The notes beneath the pieces were generated by a model that was given only the letters and a program-made list of their open reading frames with translations, did no database searches and was not told the DNA's origin. This document shows positions 1-9,485 of a DNA stretch of 64,000 bases, in pieces (position 1 is the stretch's first letter; every line of letters starts with the position of its first letter). Origin of the DNA: an uncultured bacterium (lineage in GTDB: Bacteria > Hydrothermota > UBA3073 > NMUJ01 > CBEVQO01); contig CBEVQO010000004.1 in assembly GCA_965552055.1 (NCBI GenBank), positions 169,833-233,832 on the forward strand, in the 5' to 3' direction. The translations under genes were made by a program, and so were the position numbers.

Positions 1-1738
1 CCTTTAGGTAATATTCTCTGATTTTTTCTGCCGATATTTTCTTTCTTTTTGTTTTTATTCTGTTTATATAATTTTTCGCAGTAATGTTTTGTGGGTCGAG
101 TCTCAACACTGCACTAAATGCAGCTTCTGCTTCGTCATATTTACCTTCGCCATATAATCTGATGCCTTCATTTGTTTTCTCTTTGATTATTTTACTTCTT
201 TCTGCATAAATCTGATTTTTTATTTCCTTTACTTCGGGGTCTTCTGGTGCCAGTTCCTCTGCTTTTTTGATTTTGGAGAGAGCAAGATTTATATTTCCTT
301 CTGATAAGTATTTTCTTGCTTCATTTTTATATGATGTTATAAGTTTCTGTAAAGCTTCTTTTGCTTTTTTAATTCCTTCTTTTGCGGGTTCGAAATCTGG
401 TTGTTTTTTAAGCAATTCCTGCCATTCTTTGATTGCAAGTTCATATTGTCCCTGTGTATAATAGGTTATAGCCTTTTGATGTCTTATTTGTATTTCAAGT
501 GAAAATGCTTCTGTTTGTTTCTTTAATGCCCTGTTTGTTTCGTCCAGTAATTTCTTTGCTTCTTCATTTTCAGGGTCTATTTCCAGCACCGATGCAAACT
601 CTTTAGCAGCTTTCAGGTATTCACCTGCGTTATAAAGAGCCTTGCCATGCTCTAACATTGCTTTTATCTTTCTTCTCCTTGTTTCTTCAATTATTTCTTT
701 TAATTTTTCGCTTGCTTCTTTAAAATCGGGCACATATAACAGTGCTAAAGTGAACTGCTGACGGGCACCTTCGAGGTCACCTTTCTGTAATAATGATAAC
801 CCTGTCTCATAAAACATTCGTGCAGCTTTCAGATACATTTCTTCTTCTCTTTTTTGTATAAGTGCTATGAGATGCTCGGGTGGAGTTGGGGTTATTATCA
901 AATCGAAGCGATGTATCAAGCCGAGCTGAGGATGACCAACCGGAACATAGTTTAGCCCAGAGTTTACCCTTTTGAATCCGAATCCTGCATAGATTTTAAA
1001 TCTGTCGGTCCCGAATCCATACAAATCGGAATTCTCTTTGCCTGCGAAAATATATTTAAGACCGCATCTGAGGAAGAATGTATTTGCGATGTTAAATTCC
1101 TGAAAAAGTCCGAAGTCAGGGGGTGCATCTGCATAGAAATTAAATCCCAATCCAACATCCATCGATGTATTTTGTGATTTAATGACATCAGGATAAAGAA
1201 TCCCCATTGCGACTGTAAGTGCACTTCCTGCACCGATGTTTAAAATAGAGGCACCTATTTGCCATGTCCTGTCATAAATAAAGCCAATATCAAAGTAAGG
1301 ATACCATAGTGAGACATCTTCATCAGTGCCAACGGTGTTAAAGTTCAACAGTTTAAAAGCTAACCCAAAAGAGCCAAGTTTTAATTTCTTTGAATAAGCA
1401 CCATATAGCAATAGGTAAAATAAGTTATACTTTTCCTCCGGTAAACCTGGTGAGTAAGCAAGAGGTATGCCCAAAGCTCCGAATCCTGCTATTCCCCATC
1501 CTATTGTGCCATATTTAGAAGGATGAGCACCACCTCCGCACAATATGTGAGCGCCCCACCATTTTGAATAGGATACCAGATATTCTGAATAGTTGCAGTA
1601 AGATAACCCGGCAGGATTGAAGAACAATGCATATATTCCGTTGTGACCGATGCCATAAAATCCACCTGTGGATAAAAATTGCGCTGTACCTGTAACCCTG
1701 TTAAATGCAAAGAAACTCGAAATTAAAAATACCAGCAT
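1..1738 (-). CDS. PorV/FadL-like outer-membrane beta-barrel fused to C-terminal TPR repeats (3' end runs off the window; absent from the ORF track)
   Basis: ATG at 1738 with SD AAGGAGGTGG. Manual translation MLVFLISSFFAFNRVTGTAQFL...YALFFNPAGLSY... (NPAGL motif of PorV/FadL barrels), then amphipathic strands, then TPR-like helices (YETGLSLLQKGDLEGARQQF; GIRLYGEGKYDEAEAAFSAVLRLDPQN). Confidence 0.8.
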   Translation of the reverse strand, partial: MLVFLISSFFAFNRVTGTAQFLSTGGFYGIGHNGIYALFFNPAGLSYCNYSEYLVSYSKWWGAHILCGGGAHPSKYGTIGWGIAGFGALGIPLAYSPGLPEEKYNLFYLLLYGAYSKKLKLGSFGLAFKLLNFNTVGTDEDVSLWYPYFDIGFIYDRTWQIGASILNIGAGSALTVAMGILYPDVIKSQNTSMDVGLGFNFYADAPPDFGLFQEFNIANTFFLRCGLKYIFAGKENSDLYGFGTDRFKIYAGFGFKRVNSGLNYVPVGHPQLGLIHRFDLIITPTPPEHLIALIQKREEEMYLKAARMFYETGLSLLQKGDLEGARQQFTLALLYVPDFKEASEKLKEIIEETRRRKIKAMLEHGKALYNAGEYLKAAKEFASVLEIDPENEEAKKLLDETNRALKKQTEAFSLEIQIRHQKAITYYTQGQYELAIKEWQELLKKQPDFEPAKEGIKKAKEALQKLITSYKNEARKYLSEGNINLALSKIKKAEELAPEDPEVKEIKNQIYAERSKIIKEKTNEGIRLYGEGKYDEAEAAFSAVLRLDPQNITAKNYINRIKTKRKKISAEKIREYYLK

Positions 1739-1815
1739 AACCACCTCCTTAATTATCTTTATTCATTTTCTGGAAAAGTCAAGTAAAATTTTTTAAATTT
1801 TTATCAAATTTTATC

Positions 1816-2991
1816 TTATTTATCATGTAATTTTTTGCGTAAGATGAGGTGGGTTCCTTTTCCGAGTGTGATGCCCGGGTGTGGCTTTTCGGGTGCTGGT
1901 TTTATCTCTATTTCATCGAAAATTTTCTTGAGATAATAAAGCCCTCCTTTCTTTGAGAAAGCAGTTTCTTTTGAAAGTCCCACGCCGTAATCAATAATGT
2001 TTAAAGATAAAGTATTGTCCTCTTTTGTAAAACTCACTTCAACTATTCCTTCTTTTCTTCCTTCGTATGCATAGGTTATAACATTTGCCATTATTTCTTT
2101 TGCGATAAATTCAAGAACTCCTCTATCAATCTCTTCCTCTGGAACTTTTGCTTCTTCGTAAAACACTTTTTCAAGGAACTTGAAGAAAGCAGGTGTAAAA
2201 CTTTCTTCTGCTGGCAATGTCAAAGTTTGGGCTATCTTTGCTTCTCTTATAAATGGACTTATTTTCCTTATCGCAGAAAATATCTCGTCTTCCTCAACCA
2301 GGTCAGCAAGTATTCTCAGCCACCATTTATCGTCGGGTATTTTTCTCAACAGTATCTCCTGTTGCTCTTTTAATACATTGTAAAGGTCTTTTGATATTAA
2401 ATTTTGTGTATAAAGTTCATCAAGATTTTCGAATCTTTCGAGCAATTCGTTTATTCCGAGCAATTCAATCGTTTTTTTGATATGCCTGTTTGGCATAGAG
2501 AAATATGCGAAATTTTCTTTTTTCTTTTCAAATAATGTAAGCAATGCAAGTCCTCTCGAGCTTATATAGCGCAAAGTGTTTATCAAAATCACATAATTAT
2601 ATTTTCTATCGAAGCATTTCAATTTTATAATGCGGGTGATGTCTTCTGCAGGGATTGTATCCATAGAGCCCGAGAATATAATTCCCCAGGTATTTCTTTT
2701 TTCATCGTAATTTAAAAGTGTTCTCAGGGAGCCAAAAACCCTTTCTTCTGTGATTACAGGTGTTTCTCCCCATCTGTAAGGCAATACACTTGGTTTTTCC
2801 TCAATAGAAGGTGGTTTAGATGTCTCTTTTTTTAGCCACTCATCGATAAGGTCTTTTGGAAATCTCCAGCTTCCTCCTATCTTTTTCGCCGGAATTTCTC
2901 CTGCTTTCACTTTCCTGTAAATGGTAATCTCACTTAAACCAAGATATTCCGCAAGTTCCCTTACCGTTAAAAGCTTTTTCTCTTCCATCAT
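1816..2991 (-). CDS. Excisionase-type HTH + STAS + RsbW/SpoIIAB-like HATPase fusion regulator
   Basis: LLTVRELAEYLGLS...IPAKKIGGSWRF (HTH_17); LRYISSRGLALL (STAS Ser motif); KEIMANVITYAY...DYGVG...GGLYYLKKIFD (GHKL N/G boxes). Start may be 2988. Confidence 0.8.
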   Translation of the reverse strand: MMEEKKLLTVRELAEYLGLSEITIYRKVKAGEIPAKKIGGSWRFPKDLIDEWLKKETSKPPSIEEKPSVLPYRWGETPVITEERVFGSLRTLLNYDEKRNTWGIIFSGSMDTIPAEDITRIIKLKCFDRKYNYVILINTLRYISSRGLALLTLFEKKKENFAYFSMPNRHIKKTIELLGINELLERFENLDELYTQNLISKDLYNVLKEQQEILLRKIPDDKWWLRILADLVEEDEIFSAIRKISPFIREAKIAQTLTLPAEESFTPAFFKFLEKVFYEEAKVPEEEIDRGVLEFIAKEIMANVITYAYEGRKEGIVEVSFTKEDNTLSLNIIDYGVGLSKETAFSKKGGLYYLKKIFDEIEIKPAPEKPHPGITLGKGTHLILRKKLHDK

Positions 2992-3033
2992 TAATTATAC
3001 TTAAAATTTTAAATTTGTCAACACTTTTTTATC

Positions 3034-3060
3034 TTGACAATTTTAATTTTCATTTAAAAT
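3034..3060 (+). promoter_or_regulatory. sigma70-type promoter TTGACA-N15-TAAAAT, leaderless to ATG 3066
   Basis: TTGACA 3034-3039, TAAAAT 3055-3060, ATG 5 nt later, no SD. Confidence 0.65.
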
Positions 3061-3065
3061 AAATT

Positions 3066-4019
3066 ATGAAAATCTCTATTCCAAAGGGCTTACTTTACTA
3101 TAAATATTTCCCGATGTGGAAAGTATTTTTTGAAGAACTTGGATTTGATGTGATGACATCAAGGGATACATCCAAGAAGATTATGGAAAGCGGACTTAAA
3201 ATAGCGAACGATGAATTATGTTTGCCTGTAAAGATATTTCACGGTCATGTTGCAGATGTTAAAGATAAATCGGATTATATTTTTATTCCAAGGATTATAA
3301 ATATGCGAAAAGGAAAAAATTTTTTCACATGTCCCAAGCTGATGGGCTTACCCGATATGATAAAGGGATGTTTTGATGATATTTCTCACAGATTGCTTGA
3401 GCCCGATATAAATTTGGCAAAAGAACCGCTTGAAAAAACTTTTATAAAACTGGGGAAGAAATTGGGGGAAAAAGAAAAAGCAAAGAAAGCGATTAAGAGG
3501 GCAATGAAAGCACAAAAAGATTTCGAAAAATTACTGGAAAAGGGATACATGTTCGAAGAAGCGCTCAATATTTTATTCAAAGGAGAAAAAGTTAAAAGAA
3601 GGGAAAGAAGATTTAAAAAGAGGGTAGGTATAATCGGGCATTCTTATATTGTGTTTGATAAATTTTTGAATTTAAATTTATTTGAAAAACTTGAGAAACT
3701 CGAAGTCGATTACATTACAATGTATAATTTGCCTTTTTCTTTTCTTGATTTTGAGGATGATTATTGGAATGTTGCATGGATTTACGAAAGAGAAATCATA
3801 GGAGCTGTGAAATATTTTATTGAAAAAGAGAAAGTTGATGGTATTATTTATCTTTTAAGTTTTGGTTGTGGCACAGCGATAGTCGTTCGTGAGATTATAA
3901 TGAGGGATGTTATAAAGGGCGCAAATATACCTTTTTTGCCGCTTATACTCGATGAGCATACAGGAGAGGCAGGTTTTATGACGCGTCTGGAATCTTTTTG
4001 TGATATACTCAAAAAATGA
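3066..4019 (+). CDS. Acyl-CoA dehydratase activase-related protein (DUF2229 family)
   Basis: IPKGLLYY, ELCLPVKIFHGHV, CPKLMGLPD, SFGCG, LDEHTGEAGFMTRLESF motifs. Confidence 0.8.
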   Translation: MKISIPKGLLYYKYFPMWKVFFEELGFDVMTSRDTSKKIMESGLKIANDELCLPVKIFHGHVADVKDKSDYIFIPRIINMRKGKNFFTCPKLMGLPDMIKGCFDDISHRLLEPDINLAKEPLEKTFIKLGKKLGEKEKAKKAIKRAMKAQKDFEKLLEKGYMFEEALNILFKGEKVKRRERRFKKRVGIIGHSYIVFDKFLNLNLFEKLEKLEVDYITMYNLPFSFLDFEDDYWNVAWIYEREIIGAVKYFIEKEKVDGIIYLLSFGCGTAIVVREIIMRDVIKGANIPFLPLILDEHTGEAGFMTRLESFCDILKK

Positions 4020-5119
4020 GGGTAGCTTTTCCACATATGGGCAATCTATATATTCCTTTGACTTCGCTTCTTGAAAATCTGGGCTGTGAAGTAAAATTAC
4101 CCCCTAGACCTTCTCGCAAAAGCATAGAACTTGGGGTAAAATATTCACCTGAATGGATGTGCTTTCCATACAAGGCGAATCTCGGTGATTTAATACTTGC
4201 TCTTCAAAATGGTGCGGATACTCTTTTATCGGTAAAAGGTGATTGGGCTTGTAGATTCGGGTATTACGGAAGATTGCATCATAAGACATTGAGAGATATG
4301 GGGTTTAAGTTCGAAAGTATAATAATAGGTAAAAATAGTGTGATGTATGTGATAAACAAAGTCAAAAAGTTAAAAAAAGGAAGTTTAACAAAAACGATTC
4401 TCCACATGATAAGGGGTTTCTGGATGTGCTGGAAGAAATCGAAACTTGTGGATTTAACGGAGAGATTAGCGAGAAAATATCGCCCGTATGCAAAAAACAA
4501 AAAGGATGTGGAGAGGGTTCTGAATAAATGTTTAAGATGGATATATAAAGAGAAGACCTTATCAGGGCTTGATCGTTTGAGAAAGAAAATAATTAAGGAG
4601 TTCGAAAAGATAGAATGTGACTGGGGGAAAGAGGTTTTAAAGGTTAAGCTGGTTGGTGAAACTTATATCGTCATAGAGCCTGCTGTTAATTTTGATATAG
4701 AGCGTCGTTTGGGTGAAATGGGGGTATATGTTGAGCCATTTTTAACGATACATAAGTGGATATGGCATCCTTTTCACATTGGTCTTGGTGGTAGGCGTGG
4801 TGAGCGTGCTGCACGCAGAGTTGCCAGAAAATACCTGAAACATTGTATAGGAGGAGAAGAACAGTTATCCATAGGGTATACGATATTTGCTGCGAAAGAC
4901 GGATTTGATGGCGTTATACATTTGTATCCTTTTACCTGCATGACAGAAAATGTTGCAAAAGAAATCTTGCCAAAACTCCAGAAGGAATATAATATACCTG
5001 TGATGAGTATCACGATCGACGAGCATACGGGTGAGGCTGGTTTTATATCAAGGATAGAAGCTTTTGTTGACCTTTTAAAAGCAAGGAGGAAAAATGCGAA
5101 TACTGGTAGCAGATGCTGA
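4016..5119 (+). CDS. 2-hydroxyacyl-CoA dehydratase-like / CoA protein activase-associated protein
   Basis: FPHMGN, SPEWMCFPYK, CRFGYYG, PFTCM, DEHTGEAGFISRIEAFVD motifs; the usual partner of DUF2229. Confidence 0.8.
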   Translation: MRVAFPHMGNLYIPLTSLLENLGCEVKLPPRPSRKSIELGVKYSPEWMCFPYKANLGDLILALQNGADTLLSVKGDWACRFGYYGRLHHKTLRDMGFKFESIIIGKNSVMYVINKVKKLKKGSLTKTILHMIRGFWMCWKKSKLVDLTERLARKYRPYAKNKKDVERVLNKCLRWIYKEKTLSGLDRLRKKIIKEFEKIECDWGKEVLKVKLVGETYIVIEPAVNFDIERRLGEMGVYVEPFLTIHKWIWHPFHIGLGGRRGERAARRVARKYLKHCIGGEEQLSIGYTIFAAKDGFDGVIHLYPFTCMTENVAKEILPKLQKEYNIPVMSITIDEHTGEAGFISRIEAFVDLLKARRKNANTGSRC

Positions 5120-6731
5120 CCATTTTACACTAAAGCAGATGAAAAAAATATTAACAGAAGAAGGATATGATGTAGAAACTGTTACAACTGGCGAAGAGGC
5201 AATAGAAATGATAAAAAAGGGTGAATTCGAACTGATAATCCTTGGTGTGTTGCTCGGCGATGACATGGATGGTTTTACAGTGCTAAGGGAGATAAGGAAA
5301 ACTTTGAAGAAGGAAATACCTGTTATGGCGATTGGAAGAAGGGACCAGGGAGAAGAGCTTAATGATATGCGAAGTGTCGGTGCAAAAGAGTTTATGTTCA
5401 AACCAATAGATGAAAAAACACTCCTCCAGAGGATAAAAAAATTGGTAGGAACAGTGGAAAAGAAAGTAGAAGCGAAAAAATATGATGAAATAGTGAAAAA
5501 AGCCAGAGAATATCTGGAAGAAGAAATAAAAACAGGAACAGAGATAATTGTAAAAGTAACAGAGGATGAGTTGATAGCTTATGGATACATTAAACAAATA
5601 GGAAATAAGTTTGAAATTACAGTGGAAGACCTTAAAAGAGCACTGGAAGAAAAGGGCGTAATTCTTATAGATGAGGATATTTTGAAAGATATAGTTGAGA
5701 AAAGGAGGGTGAACGAACCTTTGATATTCGCAAAGGCAATATTGCCCGAAATTGCAGAAAGTGCAGTTGAGTTTCGTTTTGATATTAAAAAAGAAGGCTT
5801 TGAATTTGAAAAAGTAAAAGCAGGGACAGTTCTTTGCAAACATATTACGCGTGGAGAAGTAAAAGCAGGTAGAACTGTAAGGGGTAAAGTATTAACTGCT
5901 CCTGCACCCCATATGGCTGCCATGCCTCAGCCCGGCGAAAATGTATATTATAGTGAAAAGAAAGGTGAATTGATAGCAGAAGTAGATGGCGAAATTTATT
6001 ATGATGGCAAAAAGATAAATGTTTTTCCGATAGAAGAAATAGCACAGGATTTAAAGCCATCAATGGGTGAAGTGACATCAGAAGGCACTTTGCATTTAAA
6101 AGGCAACATACATGCGAATGTGAGAATAAAAGCTAAAGGTAGTGTTTTGTGCAATGGCTGTTGTGATGCAGCAGAGATAAAGGCAGGTGGTAAAGTTTTT
6201 ATTCAGGGCGGATTTTTCGGAAGAGGAAAGGGCAAAATAGAAAGTAACGGCGATGTATTTGTCTCAAAAGCAGAAAATGCCGAAATAAAAAGCAAAGGAA
6301 ATCTTTATTGCAGTGAAAAACTGGAAGAATGTAGAATCGCAGTTGAAGGAAAAGTGCAAATTGAAGATGGTATGATAATCGGTGGCGTAATAAAAGCAGC
6401 GGAAATTATCGCAAAAAATATAGGAACACCTTTTGAAACACCAACAGAAATAATATTGACAGGAAAAGGTATATTAACAGAAATTGAAGAAGCTTTAAAC
6501 GAATTAAAGAAAGAGAAAAAGCCCGAATTAAGGGGAATACAGACACATCTCGAGAATATAAAATCGAAGCTTTCGCAAAAAATGCCTTGTCGAATTGTAT
6601 GTAAGGGAAATCTTTATCCCGGTGTAGTCATAAAATATTTTGGAGAAGAGTTAAAAGTAGATAATGTCTTGACAAATTGTGAAATTAAGGTAGAAGAAGG
6701 CAGGTTAAAAATTGTAAAGGGGGCAAAATGA
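5094..6731 (+). CDS. Degenerate receiver domain fused to a FapA/DUF342 domain
   Basis: N-terminal REC fold (RILVAD...FKP) with the phosphoacceptor Asp replaced. C-terminal GRTVRGK, AEVDG, GGFFGRGKG, IIGG, YPGVVI motifs of DUF342. Confidence 0.75.
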   Translation: MRILVADADHFTLKQMKKILTEEGYDVETVTTGEEAIEMIKKGEFELIILGVLLGDDMDGFTVLREIRKTLKKEIPVMAIGRRDQGEELNDMRSVGAKEFMFKPIDEKTLLQRIKKLVGTVEKKVEAKKYDEIVKKAREYLEEEIKTGTEIIVKVTEDELIAYGYIKQIGNKFEITVEDLKRALEEKGVILIDEDILKDIVEKRRVNEPLIFAKAILPEIAESAVEFRFDIKKEGFEFEKVKAGTVLCKHITRGEVKAGRTVRGKVLTAPAPHMAAMPQPGENVYYSEKKGELIAEVDGEIYYDGKKINVFPIEEIAQDLKPSMGEVTSEGTLHLKGNIHANVRIKAKGSVLCNGCCDAAEIKAGGKVFIQGGFFGRGKGKIESNGDVFVSKAENAEIKSKGNLYCSEKLEECRIAVEGKVQIEDGMIIGGVIKAAEIIAKNIGTPFETPTEIILTGKGILTEIEEALNELKKEKKPELRGIQTHLENIKSKLSQKMPCRIVCKGNLYPGVVIKYFGEELKVDNVLTNCEIKVEEGRLKIVKGAK

Positions 6732-8158
6732 AAGAATTTCTAGAATCTGCACTTGATGAAATGAAATTTCAAAAAGTTGATTACGGCGATATAAGAATAG
6801 TTAATCGAATTTATCAGTATATTGTGTATTGCGATGGCAAAGTGGATAATGTTTCGTATGGTGAAGATTTAGGCTTCGGGATAAGGGTTTTGAAAGGAGG
6901 ATGCTGGGGATTTTCTGCGTCATCTTCTCTCACAAAAGATGAGGTTATAAAAGCAGTGAGAAAGGCAGTAAAAATAGCAGAAGAATCGGCTCGTTTTAAA
7001 AAAGAGGATATAAGACTTGCAGAAGCAGAAATCGTCAAAGGCAAATATAAAACAGAAATAGAAGAAGACCCGTTTAAAGTTTCACTGGAAGAGAAAATAA
7101 ATTTACTGGCAGAAACCGACGAAATAATGCATAAAGTAAAAGGGATAAGGACAACACGCAATCATTTATTTTTTAAGAAGGAACATAAATTTTTTTCATC
7201 AACAGAGGGAACAGAAATTGAGCAAGAGATTTATCAATCAGGTGGTAGAATATCGGCTACTGCTGTTAAAGATGGGCTAACAGGAGAGAGGTCGTATGAA
7301 GGCACCGGTGGGAAGACCTGCGGTTATGAACTTATAAGGAGATTGAATTTGAAAGAAGAAGCACAAAGAGTTGCAGAAGAAGCAGTCGCACTATTGTCTG
7401 CAAAAGAATGTCCAGAGGGAGAGATGGATGTAATTCTTGATGGCTCTACAGTAGCTCTTACAGTGCACGAAACAGTGGGTCATCCAACAGAGCTGGACAG
7501 GGTTTTTGGTTATGAAGTGAGTCTGGCTGGCACAACCTATTTAACACCCGACAAACTTGGGAAATTTAAATTCGCATCGGAAATTGTAAATATTGTGCAG
7601 GATGCAACAGCAAAAGGCGGACTTGGAACTTTTGGATATGACGATGAAGGAATCCCAGCCCAAAAAACATATCTTATAAAAGACGGAATTTTTGCAGGAT
7701 ATTTGATGTCAAGGGAAACGGCTATAAAACTTGGTTTAAAGAGCAATGGCACGATGCGAGCAGATGGATGGTCGAGAATTCCTTTGATTAGAATGACAAA
7801 TATAAATTTGCTACCTGGAAACTGGGAGCTTGAGGATTTAATAAAGGATACAAAAGATGGAATTTATCTCGTTACTGCTACATCTCCGAGCATCGATGAT
7901 AAGCGTCTTAATTTTTCGATTTCAGCAGAAATTGGCTGGAGAATAAGGAATGGCAAATTATGTGAAATGATAAGGCGTCCTTTTTATGGTGGTATATCTT
8001 ATGAGGTATGGCGCAAATGTGATGCTATCTGCAACGAAAAATACTGGGATATATGGGGAATATGGGGATGTGGTAAAGGCGACCCAATGCAGGAGATGCA
8101 GGTTGGGCATGGTGCTTCACCTTTGAGATTTCGCAAAGTAAAAGTCGGGAAGAAATAA
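6728..8158 (+). CDS. tldD: TldD metalloprotease
   Basis: HETVGHPTELDR zinc motif, YDDEG, RMTN, CGKG. Confidence 0.9.
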   Translation: MKEFLESALDEMKFQKVDYGDIRIVNRIYQYIVYCDGKVDNVSYGEDLGFGIRVLKGGCWGFSASSSLTKDEVIKAVRKAVKIAEESARFKKEDIRLAEAEIVKGKYKTEIEEDPFKVSLEEKINLLAETDEIMHKVKGIRTTRNHLFFKKEHKFFSSTEGTEIEQEIYQSGGRISATAVKDGLTGERSYEGTGGKTCGYELIRRLNLKEEAQRVAEEAVALLSAKECPEGEMDVILDGSTVALTVHETVGHPTELDRVFGYEVSLAGTTYLTPDKLGKFKFASEIVNIVQDATAKGGLGTFGYDDEGIPAQKTYLIKDGIFAGYLMSRETAIKLGLKSNGTMRADGWSRIPLIRMTNINLLPGNWELEDLIKDTKDGIYLVTATSPSIDDKRLNFSISAEIGWRIRNGKLCEMIRRPFYGGISYEVWRKCDAICNEKYWDIWGIWGCGKGDPMQEMQVGHGASPLRFRKVKVGKK

Positions 8159-8167
8159 GGAGGAGAG

Positions 8168-9484
8168 ATGCTCAAAATGTCAAATTTAAAAGATTTGGCG
8201 GATAAAAACTTAAAAGAAGTAAAAGCAGATTGTGAGATAACTTTAAGCAGTTATTTCCATGGTACCACTCGCTTTGCGGAATCACAGATACATCAAAATA
8301 TGGATGTATTGGAAAATGATTGCATTGTGCGGATAGTGAAAGATAAAAAAATAGGGATATCCGGAACAACTTTTGGTGACGAACAAAAAATAAAAAATTG
8401 TATAAAAAGAGCAGAAGAGATAGCAAAATTTTCTTACGAAGATAAGGATTTTGTGAAATTACCGGATGAAAAAGGAATAGAATACGATGAAGAAATAAAA
8501 GAAATGTCTCCAGAAGAAAGAGCAGAGGCAGTTTCTAAAATTTTTGATGTTGCACGAAAATATGATTTATGTTGTGCAGGTGTAATTCACACTATTTCCG
8601 GCAGAAAAGTTATAGCGAATACCTTGGGATTGAGAAGCGCAGGTGCAGAAGCCTATGTAACAGGTACAATAACAATGATGACAGAAAATAGTTCGGGATA
8701 CGCAATATTCGGTGCCAAGAATTTGAATGAAATAGATTTTGAAAAAGAAGCAGAAATATCTGCACAAAAAGCAATGTTATCGAGTAATCCTAAAGATTTT
8801 AAACCCGGGAAATATGTTGTTCTGCTTGAAGAGCCAGCAGTAGCAGAGATACTCGTGTTTTTGTCGCATCTTGGATTTAGTGCAAGGGATTTTGAAGAAG
8901 GACGCAGTTTTATGTGCGATAAAATCGGTAAAAAGATAACAGGCGATAATGTTACGATTTACGATGATGTAAATCATCCTCTACAAATTGGATTGAAATT
9001 TGATAGAGAAGGCGTTCCCAAACAAAAAGTTACTTTAATAGAAAATGGAGTGGCAAAATCCGTTGTATACGATTCTTATTATGCTTATAAATCGGGTAAG
9101 AAACCAACAGGACATTGTGCATGGCAAAGATATCCTTATCCTATGAATCTTGTAATGAAAGGAGGTGAAACAAAAAGAGAAGATTTGATAAAAAAGATAG
9201 ACGAAGGAATCCTTATAACAAGGACCTGGTATTGCAGAGTAGTAGACCCCGATAAAACCCTGATAACCGGTATGACCCGTGATGGCACATTTTACATAAA
9301 AAACGGCGAAATAAAATATGGAATAAAAAACATGAGGTTTACAATAAACATTCTCGAAACATTTAAAAATATAATAGCTGTATCTCGAGAACAAAAAGCA
9401 ATTGTCTCTGAGTATGGCGGAGTGTATGTTGTGCCAGCATTGCTGATAAAAGATTTTAATTTTGAAAGTGCAACTCATTACTGA
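8168..9484 (+). CDS. pmbA: TldE/PmbA family protein
   Basis: TRFAESQIHQN, FDREG, TGH, TGMTRDG; no HExxxH; directly follows tldD. Confidence 0.85.
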   Translation: MLKMSNLKDLADKNLKEVKADCEITLSSYFHGTTRFAESQIHQNMDVLENDCIVRIVKDKKIGISGTTFGDEQKIKNCIKRAEEIAKFSYEDKDFVKLPDEKGIEYDEEIKEMSPEERAEAVSKIFDVARKYDLCCAGVIHTISGRKVIANTLGLRSAGAEAYVTGTITMMTENSSGYAIFGAKNLNEIDFEKEAEISAQKAMLSSNPKDFKPGKYVVLLEEPAVAEILVFLSHLGFSARDFEEGRSFMCDKIGKKITGDNVTIYDDVNHPLQIGLKFDREGVPKQKVTLIENGVAKSVVYDSYYAYKSGKKPTGHCAWQRYPYPMNLVMKGGETKREDLIKKIDEGILITRTWYCRVVDPDKTLITGMTRDGTFYIKNGEIKYGIKNMRFTINILETFKNIIAVSREQKAIVSEYGGVYVVPALLIKDFNFESATHY

Positions 9485-9485
9485 A

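Noticed and set aside
267..1710. Short ORFs listed in the track
   Set aside because: They are alternative frames of the long minus-strand PorV-TPR gene.
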